Below, one piece after another: positions 23,729-36,476 of a stretch of DNA of 64,000 nt (position 1 is its first letter; every line of letters starts with the position of its first letter). The notes under the pieces were generated by a model. The model saw nothing but the letters and a program-made list of their open reading frames with translations, was not told where the DNA came from and searched no databases. The position numbers were made by a program, and so were the translations under genes. Source of the stretch: Scenedesmus sp. PABB004 (taxonomy: Eukaryota); assembly GCA_014905635.1 (NCBI GenBank), contig CM026547.1, positions 2,232,001-2,296,000 of the forward strand, in the 5' to 3' direction.

Positions 23729-26184
23729 ATGGCGCGCTGGCTGGCGTGCAGCGGCGGCGGCAGCAGCGCGCCGCTGCTGCTGGCAGCGCTGCGCGCCGCC
23801 GGGCGAGCGCAGCAGCAGGCAGCCGCAGCAGCAGCAGCACATTTGGCGCTGCAGCAGCCGCAGCAGCCCTGCGCGCAGCTGCAGGCACTCGCGCCGTTCT
23901 GCTCCTCCCCGCAGCAGCAGCGCGGGGAGCTGCCGCTCAAGGCGGCGCTGCGGTCGCTGTACAAGCGCGTGCACCCCGACCTGTTTTCGGACTTCCCGGC
24001 AGAGCAGGTGAGGCTTACGTCTGTGCAGCTCCTGTGGCAGCTTGCCGCGCCGCCGCGCCGCTCACGCCGCCCGCGCGCGCCCCCGCTGGCAGGCCGACAA
24101 CGAGCGCTCGTTCAAGCTGCTGCAGGTGCCGCCGGCTGGCGGGCCGCGCCGCCGCGCGCGGCCGAGCGCTCACGCGTCGCCGCCGCCGCCGCCGCCGCGC
24201 CCGGCGCTCGCAGGACTACCTCCGCCTCGCGCGCGCGCCGAGCGCCGGGCCCGCGAGCCGCGTGGCGTACCATTTTCGCTTCCACCTCATGCCCCAGGCA
24301 GACGGTGCGCGCCGCAGCGGCGGGGCGCGCAGCGGCGGGGCGCTGCCGCGCCGCGCTCAGGCGGCTGCGCGCCCCGCGCCGCCCGCAGACGCGTGGCAGG
24401 AGCCGCCCGAGGGCGGGGCGCCCGACCCCGGCGGCGGCGAGGGCGATGCGGCGGGCCCCGGCTTCCGGCTGGTGGCGCTGTCGCTGCCGCCGCCGCCGCC
24501 GCCGCCGCGGCCGGGCGGCGCGGGCGAGCAGGCGGGCCCGCTCAGCCCCGCAGCGCACAAGGCGCTGGCCAAGCTCCTGCGCATGTGCGGGCTGCCGGCG
24601 CTGGCCGCGCAGGAGGCGCAGGAGGAGGCGGACGCGGCGCAGCACCTGCTGCGATTCTTGCCCGAGGCGGCTGAGGTGTGTGTGTGGGTGTGTGTGTGTG
24701 GGGGGGGGGGCTGCGGCTCGCGGCTGCCGCCGCGCCGCCGCCGACCGCGCCGCGCGCCGCCGCCCGCGCGCCAGGTCGTGCGGCAGCGCGAGTCGGGCAG
24801 CCCCGGGCAGGACGTGCGCGTGGCCAACCTGCGCGCCGCGCTCAGACTGGCGCGCAAGGTGTGGGGCCGCGCCGGCGCCCTGGCGCCCTGGCGCCGGCCA
24901 GCCACACAGCCGCGCGCCCTGCCCGGCCGCCGCCCTGCCCTGCCCCCACGCAGGTCGTGGCCGGCTTTGCGCCTGGCATGTTCCCGGGCGCGCAGCAGGT
25001 GGAGCTGCTGCAGGTCGGCAGCGCCGCGCGCTCGGCCGGCGCAGCGCCCAGCCCGCGCGTGCTGCCCGAGCGACCGCTGCGCCGCCGCCGCCGCCGCCGC
25101 CGCCCCTGCGCCCCGCAGCGCCTCGCGGCGGCGCTGGAGCGCGTCGCCGCCGAGGACGCCGCGTCTGGGGTGGAGGAGCCGCTGGACCTGTCGGGGCTGC
25201 ACCTGCTCATATGCGGCGCGACGCGCCTCGACAGCCAGGGCACGCTCTGCCTCGACGCGGCGGGCAGCGCAGAGGTGCGCTGGCCCCGCCCCGCCGCCGC
25301 CGCCGCGGGGCGTGCCGCGCCGCGCCGCGCCGCGCCGCGCCGCCGCCGCCGACCCCCCGGTCGCGCCGCGCCGCGCCGCGCCGCGCCCGCGGCCAGGAGT
25401 GGGCCGACTTCCTGGGCGGCGTGGACGCCGACTACGCGCGCCACCGCCGCGCCGCGGCCGACGCGGTGCGCCGGCTGGAGGCGGGCGTCGCGGCGGCGCT
25501 CGGGGTGCGCATGATCTTCACCACGGCGGCGCAGCTGATGAGCCACGAGCACCGCGCCTTCCTGGAGCGCCTCGCGGCCCACGCGGCGGAGCACGGGCCC
25601 GTGCAGCCGCGCGGCGGCGGCGCCGGCGAGCAGCAGCAGGGCCTCGGCAGCGTGCCGCTGTACGTGGCGCCGTCGCAGCAGGCGCAGCAGGCGCAGGAGG
25701 CGCAGCAGGCGCAGGAGGCGCAGCAGGCGCCGGTGCACGAGACGCAGGGCTTCGTCACCGTGAGCATGAGCGACAGCGCGGAGCGCGTCTACGCCACGCT
25801 GCGGGTGCGCGCACACGGCCGCCGCCACTCCTGGAGGGGGAGGGCGCGCGCGGCCGCCTCCGACCGGCCCCGCCCCGCCCCGCGCGCCGCCCCGCGCAGG
25901 CGCACGGCGCCGCGGCGGCGGCCGTGGTCGCGCGCAAGGCGGCGCTCGCTGCGGAGCTCGACGCGCTCAGCGCGGACGCGCGCGCGCGGCTGGGGCTGCG
26001 CCGGCTGCTGCGCGACCCGCTGCTCAGTGCGGACGAGTTCCGCGCCGCCGTCCGCCGCCTGCTCGCGCACCGGCACGCGCTGCTGCGCGCCAACGTCGAG
26101 GGCCTCAGCCTGCGCGTGTCGGACCGCAACCGCGTCGCGCCGGACGGCACGCTCGTCGACGTGGCGTGGAACGCAGAGCTCTGA
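23729..26184 (+). CDS. TCAIM-like protein (DUF4460/DUF4461 type; N-terminal J-like HPD domain), probably mitochondrial; multi-exon
   Basis: ALRSLYKRVHPDLFSDFPAEQ|ADNERSFKLLQ|DYL is the DUF4460 signature. The protein ends ...VAPDGTLVDVAWNAEL*. Confidence 0.75.
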
Positions 26185-26532
26185 CCGGCGGCGGGGGCAG
26201 CGCGGTAACCGAGGCATGCTGCTGCAGCACGCGGCGGGCCGGCTGGGTGTGCCGACTGCGCCCGACGCGCGGTCGCCGGTCCGGCGCGCGCGCCGCGCGC
26301 GTGGGTGGCGGCGACCGGCTGCGCGCGTGCGACAGGGCCCAGCGTCGTGCGGTGGCGGGCACTGAACAGGACGGACAGCACGGAAGGGCGCCGCACGGCC
26401 TGCGCGCTGCTGCGCCCTGCGCCGCCGCCGTCGCGACGGCGCGCGCCCGCCGACTGGCGCAGCCGCAGCGGCCGCGGGCGCCCTCTCCGCCGCGCGACCC
26501 GCACCGCCCCACCAACAGCCGGGACCAGAGAG

Positions 26533-27511
26533 ATGGCCGCGATGCTCAAGGCCCGCCAGGCGACCGCGTTCAGGCCCGCCAGCGGCCAGCGCGGCCCCGT
26601 GCGCTGCTCCGCGGCGCGCAGCGCCGAGGCCGGCGCCGTCGCCACCAGCCGGCGCGCCGCGCTGGCCGCGGGCCTGCTGGCGGGCGGCGCGGCGATCGCT
26701 CCGCGCGCCTGGGCGCTCATGTGAGCCGGGGGCGCCGCGGCGGGGGCCCATTGGCGCGCCGGGGCTCGCGTGGCACGGTGGCTGACCCACAACCGGCTGG
26801 GCGGCCGGCGCGGGGCTGCCGCGGCGCCGCGGCGCCGCCGCTGCTGCCGCCGGCCACGCGCGCCGCCGACCACGCGCGCACGCCGCGCCCGCCGCCGCCG
26901 GCGCCGCCGCCGCCGGCGCCGCAGCCCCGACGAGGAGGACGAGGCGATGCTGGAGAAGGCCAAGGCCAACCGCGCGAAGCGCCTGGCCGCGCAGAAGGAG
27001 ACGACGCGCGAGTTCCTGCGCGTCGAGGGCATCGCCGACAAGCAGCTCGACAGTGAGCTCATCCCGGTGCAGAAGGCGGTGGTCAACCTCGCCAAGTCGG
27101 GTGCGCGCCGCGCGGCGGCGGCGCGGGGAGGAGGGCGGAGGCGAGGGGAGGCCACCGCTGGCGGCGCGGCGCGGCGCGCCGCGGCGCCGCCGCCCGCGCC
27201 GTCGCCGGCCCGATCGCGCGGCCCGGCGCGCCCGCGCAGGCTCGCAGCTCGAGGCGGGCGACCTCAAGGGCGCGGCGTCGACGCTGAGCAGCGGCTGGGT
27301 GGAGGAGTTCCAGCGCGCGACGGCGGTGCTGGACTCGACCGACGAGGAGAAGGCCGCGGCGGCGGCCATCTTTGACGACCTCTCGACGCTGCGCAACACC
27401 GCGGGCAAGGGCGACCTCAAGGCCTCCAAGCAGCAGTACGTCGCGCTCGTGGCCGCGCTCGAGGGCTGGGCGCAGTCCACCGGCCTCGCCGCCGACCTCA
27501 AGGGCCTGTGA
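26533..27511 (+). CDS. MPH2: Thylakoid lumenal protein MPH2-like (maintenance of PSII under high light); 3 exons
   Basis: TAT-type signal (SRRAALAAG...AWA), then PDEEDEAMLEKAKANRAKRL, LAKSGSQLEAGDL and a C-terminus WAQSTGLAADLKGL*. Confidence 0.8.
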
Positions 27512-27668
27512 GCGCCGCGCGCGCGCACAGGGCGGGGCGCGGGCGGCGGCGCACAGTTTTGCGGGCGCGTGGCGCGCTGCCAGGGGGTCGAGCGGCCTGG
27601 CCTGGGCGCGGCGGGCGGGCTCGGGCGGCCAGCGCAGGCGTGCCCGTGCACGGGCCTGGCGGCGGTTT

Positions 27669-27729
27669 TGTAACGTTCACGGCGACCGGGGCGCCCGCGG
27701 CAGCACGAGTCGATGGGCGGCGCGTTACA
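27669..27729. terminator. Back-to-back TGTAA polyadenylation signals for convergent MPH2 (+, 27669-27673) and Mpv17-family (-, 27725-27729) genes
   Basis: TGTAA is the chlorophyte poly(A) signal. Further copies follow S15 (57733), PsaO (19897, minus) and the EF-hand gene (8024). Confidence 0.6.
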
Positions 27730-28277
27730 GAACGGCCGCCGAGTTGGGTTCAGTGCTGCTGTTCTGTCGCGACAGTTCGCAGATAAGCTCGCGGGCGCGC
27801 AGCGGGCCTGCGCCCCGCCCCTCTCTCGAATTGGACCGCACAACCCTGGCCGGGGGATGCCCCCGGCTCGCAGCCCCGCCCTACCGTACACTGGGGTCAG
27901 TCAGCGCGTGAGACAATGGTCGCGCCCGCGGCGGCGCCGCACCCAGCAGCGTCTGTCGCCAGGGCGCGGCGGGCGCCGCGGCCGCGCTTATGCGGCGGTG
28001 GTGCAGACGGCGAGCCCGCGCTGTCGTGCAGCCGCCCCCGGCGGCTGCTGCAGCAAATTCAACTGCACACCCCCCACCGCCCGCCCGCCGCCGCCCCCGG
28101 CCGGCCCTCTTATTGACAACGGCACGAGGCGTGCGGCAGTCCCGCGTGCGGCGGTCCCGCGTGCGGCGCGCGCTGCAATTGCAGCGCGGCGTGCGGCGGC
28201 TGTGGCTCTCCCCCCGCCAGCTGCGGGGAGGGAGGCGCGCGCACGCGCTGCCGCCGAGCGCTGCCGGCAGCGCTGCC

Positions 28278-29514
28278 CTAGGTGGCGGCCTCCACGCCGC
28301 CGGCCGCGCGCGGCACCACCAGGGCCTTGAGCCCCGACGCCGGCGCGCTCTGCAGCTCGCAGCCCGCGATGACGGGGCCGGCCCCGCCCGGCGCGGCGGC
28401 CGCCAGCAGCGGCGCGGGCGCCGGCGCGGCGTGCGCGCCCGGCTGCTCCACGGGCTCCGCCGCCGCCGTCGCGACCGCCGCCGCCGCCGCGGCGACCTGC
28501 GCGGCGGCCTCCTCCAGCTGCGCCGTGGTGGGCGCGGCGGCGGTGGTGCCGTCGAGGGCGCCGCGCATGACGCTGATGATCACGGTCCACGCGAACGACA
28601 CGCCCGCAACTGAAACGCGGCACCGCCACGGCGGCCGCGCCGCGCGCGCAGGGGCGGGCGGGCGGGCGGGGACGTGGGCGCGCGGCCGCGGGGGCGCGGC
28701 GCGGCGTGCCGGCGGCGCGCCGGGCTCACCAAACGGGATGCGCAGGTGGCGCGGCACGACGCTGAAGTTGACGAGCTGCGCGGGCACCCAGATGGTCCAG
28801 AGCGCCTTGCAGTTGTCCCAGAGCTCCGCGCGGTACTTGTCGTAGATGCCGGCGGGCGAGCGGCCCTCGACGTAGCCCTTCATGCCGTAAAACACGGGGA
28901 AGTAGAAGAACGGGTGGCTGGGAGGAGGGGGAGGGGAGAGGTGAGAGGAGAGAGGAGGGAGGGGGGGCGGAAGCAGAGCCGCGGTCAGGCGGCGGCGCGC
29001 CAGCGGGCCAGGGCGCCAGCGGGCGTGGGCAGCTGGCGCGTGCGCTTGCGGCGCGGGCGGCACGCGGGTGCGCTCACTGGATGGCCTGGTCGATGAAGGT
29101 CTTGATCGGCGCCGAGCCCTTGTGCCCCAGCGCGGCGGTGATGCCGGAGCACCAGCGCACAAAGAGTGTGTTGTACAGGTAGTACTGGAAGCCGCCGAGG
29201 TAAAAGAGGCCAAACGTGATGAACACGCCGTGCCGCTTCCAGTCCATCTCCTCGCGCTTCTCAATCACCTGGGTTTGTAGGGTCGCGGCGGCGTCAGCGG
29301 CGGCGACGGCGGCGGGCGGGGCTCGCTGCGCGCGCGCGCGCGCGCGGGCGCGCGCCTTTTGCGCAAACATGTCGGCCGCGCTCGTCTTCACGACGGTCGT
29401 GACGACGCCCGTCTCAAACGGGTAGCGCTGCGCGACCTCGTTGTACGAGCGCCCCGCGGTGACGAGCGGGTACTTGATCAGGTTGAACGCCTGCCGCAGC
29501 CGCGACGCCGCCAT
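28278..29514 (-). CDS. Mpv17/PMP22 family membrane protein; 4 exons
   Basis: KTSAADMFAQK, DWKRHGVF, KTFIDQAI and ALWTIWVPAQLVNFSVVPRHLRIPF|VAGVSFAWTVIIS. Confidence 0.92.
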
Positions 29515-30560
29515 CGCGCCCACCGCCCGCTGGGCCGCCGCTGCCTGCCGCTGCGGTTGGCGGCGCGGCGGCGCGGCGGCGGCGTCGGCCGGGGCGCGCC
29601 GCGCGGCGGCCGGCGCCACCGGGCGGGCGTCCGCCCCCCGTGGCCGGGGCGGCCGGCGCCCCGCCGCGGCGGCGGCGCCGGGATTGGTGGAGAGCGCTGC
29701 TGCTCCCACGCACGCACCCGCCGAGCCCTGGCGCCGCCTCGCGGCGCGCCGCCGTGCGCCTGGGCGGTCTCCGCGGAGCTCTGCCGCCTGTCTCGCAGCC
29801 GTGGCCTGGCCTGGCCGGCTCAATATGCTGCGCTGCCGCCCCTACGCGGCCATCCCGCTGTCCTGCTGCGGCTGCCGCGCGCCGCTGGCCACCTGCCTCG
29901 GTCACGCCACGCTCGGCGTGTGGGTGGCGTGTGGCGCGCCGGCCTGGCCGCGGGCGAGGGCGGCGTGGGAGGCTGGCTGGCGCTGCAGCGCTGCGCGGCC
30001 GGGTGTGCGCGGACGGCGCCACCGCCGGCGCGTCGGGACCGAGCTCAGGGGCGAGACTGCGGCGGCGCGGCAGAGGGTGGCGCCGCAGGAGTGGCGGGCG
30101 CACGCCGCTGGCCAAGCCCCGCGGTCGCCAACCACGTGGCCTGGGCTTCCCCCTGACCGCCTCGAGCTCTCACGCGCAAGCGCCAGCTGCGGGAACGCAC
30201 GCAACGCTCGGCGGCGCGCTCTGCCATCAGCGGTGTCGGCCGACCATCACCGCGCGCGCGCCGCCGCCCGGCTGCGCCTGCGGCGGCGGCGGCGGCGGCC
30301 CCACGCTCGCTGCCTGGCCTGAGCGCCGGAGGTTGCTGCCTCAACGCCCGCCGCTGGCGCGGGCGCGGCTGGCACGCACCGCGGGCACGCGCGGCTGCAC
30401 GCGCGGTCACGCAGCCGTCGCGGCAGGCCGCGGCCGTCGCCGCGGCCGCGGGGGCATCGGCAGCAAGGCGCAGGAGGAGAAGGGGGGTTACCCGCGTCAA
30501 CGCGCGCGGCCGCCCGCTGCGCCTGCAGCGGGCGCGCCGCGCGGGCGCGCCGGCGCGCGC

Positions 30561-31783
30561 TCAGGCGGTGAGCACGCACGCGCCGCCGACCTCCTTGATC
30601 TTCTTCTCCGCCAGCTTGCTGAAGAACTTGGCCTTCACGACCACGGGCTGCGACGGCAGCTGGCCCTTGCCGAGCACCTTGAACTTGCCGAACTTGGTGA
30701 CGTCGATCACCGGCGCCGTGGCGCTGTCCTTGGCGGCGGCCTCGCGCGCCTGCGCGCGCGGTCGGGGGCGCGGCGCGCCGTCAGCGGCGGCAGCTGCAGC
30801 GGCGCGGCGCGGGCGGCGGCCGGGCCCAGCGACGCGGCGCGGGGCCGGCGCCGCGGAGCGCGCCCGCTGCTGCCCCCGCGAGCGGTCCGGCCGCAGACTG
30901 CCGCTGCCGCCTGCCGCCTGCCGCCTGCCGCCCGCCGCTGCCGCCCGCCAGCTGTCGGACTGCCGCCGACTGTTGCCGCCGCCGCTGCTGCCACCGGCGC
31001 TGCGACTGCCGCCCCTGCGTCGGGCGCCACCGCGAGCCGCCGCTGCGCCAGCGTCTCCGCGCCCGGTGCTGCTGCTGCTGCGCGCCTGCGCCGTGCGCCT
31101 GCAGCTGCAGCTGCGCCTGCGCCTGCGCCGGGCGCGCTCCACCTCCAGGCTCTGGAGCTGCTGCGCCCGGCGCCCGGGCGCTCCACGCGCTGCTGCCGCG
31201 CCGCCGGCGCTGCTGCTCACCTCCTCGCCGACGAGCGCCCACAGCTTGTCCAGGTTGACGATGGGGCAGTGGTAGTGGTTCTTCTGCTTGTGGAAGTGCC
31301 GCATGCCCACCTGCGCGCGGCAGCAGCGGCGGCCGCCGGCGGCGGCGGCGGGCGGCTGGGCGCGCCCCGGCGCCCGCCCGGCCCCGCGCCGCGCGTGCGG
31401 GCGGCGCGCGCGGCCCTGCGCCCGGGGCGGGGGCGCCCGGGGGGCGCACCTTGCCGAAGAAGCCGGGGTGGTACTTGTCGAACATGATGCGGTGGTGGTG
31501 CTGGCCACCGGCATTACCGCGACCGCCAGGGTGCTTGCGGTGCTTGCCGATGCGGCCGTGGCCGGCACTGACGTGCCCGCGCTTCTTGCGGTGCTTCCTC
31601 AGCCCTGCGCGCGGCGCCCGGGCGGTGATGAGCCCCCGCCCCGCGCCGCGGGCCGCCCTCGCGCCGCCGGCCCGGGCGAGGGCGCCACCCGCCGCCATGC
31701 CCCGCCCGGGGCGCCGCCGGGCCGCCCCCGCCGCGCCCGCGCGCCCCCAGGGCCGCCCGCAGCCGCCACGCACGGGTGGTCAT
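30561..31783 (-). CDS. RPL27A: 60S ribosomal protein L27a (uL15); 4 exons, the first coding exon only 10 nt
   Basis: [42 protein letters not shown]...[22 protein letters not shown]. Confidence 0.97.
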
Positions 31784-32646
31784 CTTGGCGCGTGTGCTGC
31801 TCGTGGGCGACAGCCACACCGAAGAGGGCGACGGAGGGAGCCGCAGCCAGCAAAAAGCGCGCGCAGCAGCACTGGCGGGCGCGGTTTTAGGCTTTAGGCT
31901 GCCCGAGCAGGCGCGCGGGGCGGGGAACGGCGCGCGATCATGGCGCTCCGTCGTACGGGGGGTTTCCCCGCGTCCCCGCGCGGGGCTCCTGACGCCGCGG
32001 CGCGCTGGTCTGCTGCGGGCTCGCGCCCGCCCGCGCGCCTCGCTCGGACAGCGCGTGGGCCGCGCCAGTGGTGGTGTCTGAGTGACCGGCGGCGCTGCGG
32101 ATGCGGCGCGCGCCAAGCGACAAGCCGCCGCACCGCGCCGCCGCGCCCGCCGCCCGCGGCCGGCCGCGCGCACAATGCGCCGCGCGCGCCGTGCGGTTTG
32201 GTTGTGTACAGCCTCCTGCCTGCCTGACTGCGCCCACAAGGTGGGGCGCGCGCTGGTCAAAACGGCGGCCTCCCCTAGCCTAGGCGGCGGGCGCGCGGCG
32301 CGCATGCACGCGCGCCGCGCGTCCGCCGCAGCCGACCTCCGGCCACCTCCGCCGAGCAGAAGCCCGCCGCCCCCCACGCTCTGCGCCGCGCCGCGCCGCC
32401 CGCCCCCGGAATGCACATGGGATGCACGGCGGGCGGGGCGGCCCGCCGGGCGCGCGGTGTGTACACGCAAGCTGCGTCGCTCCCCCCTGCATGCGCTCGC
32501 TCGCGCGCGCACAATCGGCGCTGCAGCCAGGCTAGAGCCCCGCCCCCCGCCCCCCGCGGGCCCGGCCCGCCCGCCGCGCGCCCGCAGGCGCGCTCGCCGC
32601 CCGCGCGCGGCGCGGCCCGAGTTCAGTCCCGCGCGGCGTGCGCGCC

Positions 32647-35600
32647 TCACACGAGGTCGCTGCAGTCCTCCACCGCGTCGGCGCTGCCAAAGACGTGGCG
32701 CGACGTGCAGCGCTGCACGCCGGCGGCGCACGTGACGACCGGGTCGGCCGGCGCGACGCCGTCGGCGTCGATGGTCAGGATCTTGACCACGCCCGCCTCG
32801 CTCATGCAGGGGAAGCGCTCGCTCACGCGCGGGCACTGGCTCACGACGACGCGGTCGCCCGCCTTGATCAGACCGCGCGCGCTGGCCTGCGTGCGTGGGG
32901 GAAAGAGGGGCAGAGGGAGAAGGGGGGGGGGCAGGGGCGGCGGCGGGCGCGCGCGCGTCGGCGCACGGCCGCCGGCCGCCGGGCGCGGCGCGTTGCGCGG
33001 CGCGGCGCGGCGGCGCGGCGGCGGTGGCGGCGCGCCGCACCTCGTGCAGCGCGGCGCGCAGGATGGCGCCGTCGGGGCTGCCCAGGCTGGGGTCGGCGCA
33101 CACGGGCATGACGCCGCGGTACTGCAGGCACTGCCGCGCGACAAAGTCGCCGGTGCAGTGCCAGCGGATGCCGTTGGTGGACAGCCGCGGCACCACGACC
33201 TGCGCGCGGCGGCGGCGCCGGCGGCGGCGGGGGCGGCGGCGGCGCGGGTCGGCGGCCAGCGCGCAGCGGCGGGTGCTGCGGGCGGCAGGGCGCGGCGGCC
33301 GCTGCCGGCGGTGTGACGACCGGCGGCGGCGGCCCAGGCGGCAGCAGCGCGCGCTGCCCGGCTGCTGCCCCCTCCGCCTCGCTGCCGTCGTGTCGGCTGC
33401 CGCCGGGCGGTGGGCCACCAACCTGGGCTCCGTCGCCTGTCGCTGCCCCCGCCCCGCTGCCCGCGTCTGCGCTGCCCGAGGGCTCCGGGTCCCGGTTGTT
33501 GGCGGCGTCGCTGGGGAGGACCACCTGGGCGGCACGCGCGGCGCGGCACCGAGCAGGGGGACTGGTGGGGTGAGGCCAGCCGGCGGCGCTGCCGGGCGGG
33601 GCGGCGCCGCAGGCCGCCCCGGCCCCACCAGTGCCTCGCTCGGTGCTCGCGCCGCGGCCGCGCAGGCGGCCCCCCGATCGCGTGTGCTGCGCCGCCGCCG
33701 CTGCCCGGGCCCCGCGGGCGCCGCTGCGTGCGCCGCGCTGCACGCGCCAGCGCGCCGCCCCTCGTGGCACCGGCACCCGCCCGCGCGCCCGCCCGCCCGT
33801 GCGCCCGCCCGTGCGCCCACCCGCCCGCCCGCCCGCCCGCCCGCCAGTCCACCCTACCGCCCGCCCGCGCCGGGTGCGCTGGCTCACCGTGAGGATGGGC
33901 TGCTGGGGGCGGTACTTTGCGATCAGCCGCGCGGTGCGCCCCGTGACGGTGAAGACCACAATCAGCGCCGCCTGCAGCTTCGTCGCCGCGCGCACCGCCG
34001 CCGTGGCGAGCGCCTCGGTCTGCGCGCGCGAGCGCAGCGCGGGCGGCGCGTCAGCGCGCCGGCGCGTCGGCGCGGGGCCGCCCATCCGCCGCGCTGCGCG
34101 GCGCGGGCGCCGCGCGGGGTCCCAGCAGGCGCCGCGGAGCAGGGCGCGCCTTTGAGATGTCTGGGTTGATGGTGTGGAAGCCGCCGTAGTCCATGACCGA
34201 CTGGTAGTAGGCAAAGGAGTCGAAGCACTTCTCCGCCTGCCGGCAGATCGCGAGCACCGTGTCGACGCACGCGACCGCAAACTTGCCGCGGAACGTCTCG
34301 CTGCCCAGCACGATGCCGTCGGCGCCGTCCAGCACCAGGTTGGCCACGTCTGCGCGCGCGCGGCGGGGCGCAGCAGCGCGGCGCGCGGCGGGGGGCACGT
34401 GGGCGGGCCGCGCGCGCGCTGCCGCCGCCGCCGGGCGCGGGCGGGTGCAGGTGCGCACGCGCGCGCGGGCGGGCGCGGGCGCACCCGTCGCCTCTGCGCG
34501 CGTGGGGCGCGGCGCGTCGGTCATGGTGTCCACCACGCGCGTCACAAACACGGGCTTGCCCGCCAGGTTGCACTCCTGCGCGCGCGCGGCGCGCGACGTG
34601 GACGCGCAGGCGCGCGGGCGCCGCCGCTGCCCCGCCACGCCCCGCCCCGCCCGCGCCGCCCCGCCCGCTGCTCGCAGCCCGCGCCGCGCCCCGCCCCGCC
34701 CCCGCCGCGGCGCGCGGTCGCCCGCCCGCCCGGCGCACCCGCAGCAGCATCTTCTGAGCGAGGAACATCTTCTCGGGGTCGACGCAGTTGCCCATGCTGC
34801 CGCGCGAGAGCAGCATGACGTCGGCCGCGTCCATGATGTCCCTGTAGTTGACCAGGCCCTCCATGTTCTCAATCTTGGCCATGATCTTCACCTCAGCCAT
34901 GCCGATCCTGGGGGGGCGGCGCGGCGACGGGGCGCGCGGCGCGTGGGCGCGTGGGCGCGCGCGGCCAGGCGCGGCGGCGGGGCCTCCTCCCGCGTGCGCC
35001 CCGCGCGCCCCCGGGGCGCGCGCGCCGCACTTGTCGAGGTACGCGCGCGCGTCCTTGACGTCCTGCGCGGAGCGCGTGAAGCTGAGCGCGACAAAGTCGA
35101 TCTTGTTGGGCCGCGCAAAGCCCGCCAGCGCGGCCTTGTCCGCCTCGGCCAGGATGGGCGCCGTGTTCTTCATGCTCCCAAAGTGCACCGTGAGCTGCAC
35201 GCCCTCCAGCACGCACGAGTTCTGGACCACGCACGTCGCGCCGCCGCCGGCGGCGTCGACCGACTGCACCGTGAGGTACGCGCTCGTCGTCTCGCTGCCT
35301 GGCGCGCGCCGACGCGCGGCGCGGCGGGCGCGGGGCGGGTGGGCGCGGGGCGGGTGGGCGCGGGGCGGGTGGGCGCGCGCGACGCAGCCGCGCGCGCGGC
35401 GGCGGCGCCCGCGGCGCGCGCGCGGGCCTGGGGGCCCTCCTGCCGGCCGGGGCGCCTTGCCCCACCTGTGAAGAGGTATTGGCCGACAAAGACGGAGCGC
35501 CCCGGCTGCAGCCCCGTGCCCGCGAGCGAGGGGTAGGAGATCGGCAGCACCGTGCTGCTCGCCGCCTTGCTCGCGTCGCACGTGATCAGCACCGACTGCC

Positions 35601-36476
35601 CCGCCTCCAGCACGATGGGCTCTGCGGGCCTGCGGGGCGGCAGGCACGGGCGGCGGCAACTCGGGGGCGCGCGCGGCGCGGCTGCGGACCCGCCGCGCGC
35701 CTAGCCAGCCCCGCACGCCGCCGCGCACGCTGCCTGCCGCCGCTGCCGCGCCTGCCGCCGCCGCGCCCGCCGCGCCCGCCACCGCGCCCGCCGCGCCCGC
35801 CGCCGCGCCCGCTGCCTGCTGCCGCCGCGCCCGCTGCTGCCCGCGTGGCCCCCGCCGCGCCCGCCGCTGCGGCGCGCACCGGTTGACGACCACGATCTCG
35901 GGGCCGAGCGTGTCCATCATCGTGGCGCACAGCTTGCGCGTCGCCTTGGACGCCGCGCGCAGGTTGTCCAGGCCGCGCTGGTGCATCTCCTGCGGGCCGC
36001 GCGTGGGTCGGCGGGCGGCGCGCCGCTCGGCCGCGGCGCAGCGCGTGCTGGCGCCAGCGCGGCGCGCCGGCCGCCGCCCCGCGCCGCGCCGCCGCGCCGC
36101 CGCCGGCGCGCGCGGCGCACCAGGTCGCCGAGGCTGAAGTCGAAGCGCGCGATCTGCGGCGCGCGGCGGGGCGGCGGGCGTTACGGCGGGGGCGGGAGCA
36201 CCTGCTGCTCCCGCGCGCGCCGCGCGCGCACCGACATGCCCGTCTGCAGCATCTCCGTGAGCGTGGCGACGTCATTGGACACCGGTCCGAGCGTGCAGGC
36301 GATGTGCGTGCTCGCCAGCGGCGCGTGGGGCTCCTCCTGCGGGCGGGCGCGATGGGCCGCCTCAGCGCGCGCCCCGGCGCCCCGCGCGCCGCCGCGCCGG
36401 CCCCATTGGGACCCACCTGCAGCAGGCTCGGCAGGGAGAGGTTGGTGGTGAAGTAGGCGCGCCCCAGCGTGCCCAT
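32647..36476 (-). CDS. Cytosolic pyruvate kinase, plant divergent (RFDFS/TRVVD) subgroup; more than 12 exons
   Basis: THIACTLGP, RFDFS, MMDTLGPEI, KIENMEG, LSRGSMG, PTRAEAT|DVANLVLDGADGIVLGSETFRGKF and ARLIAKYRP. Confidence 0.92.

Noticed and set aside
29826..30322. Cys-rich ORF (MLRCRPYAAIPLSCCGC...) between the Mpv17-family gene and RPL27a
   Set aside because: No recognisable domain or codon bias. It degrades into Arg-rich noise and probably lies in promoter/UTR sequence.
30750..31775. Intronic snoRNA in the long RPL27a introns
   Set aside because: The only GTGATGA box-C-like motif (~31625) is antisense to the host transcript, and I found no paired box D or terminal stem.
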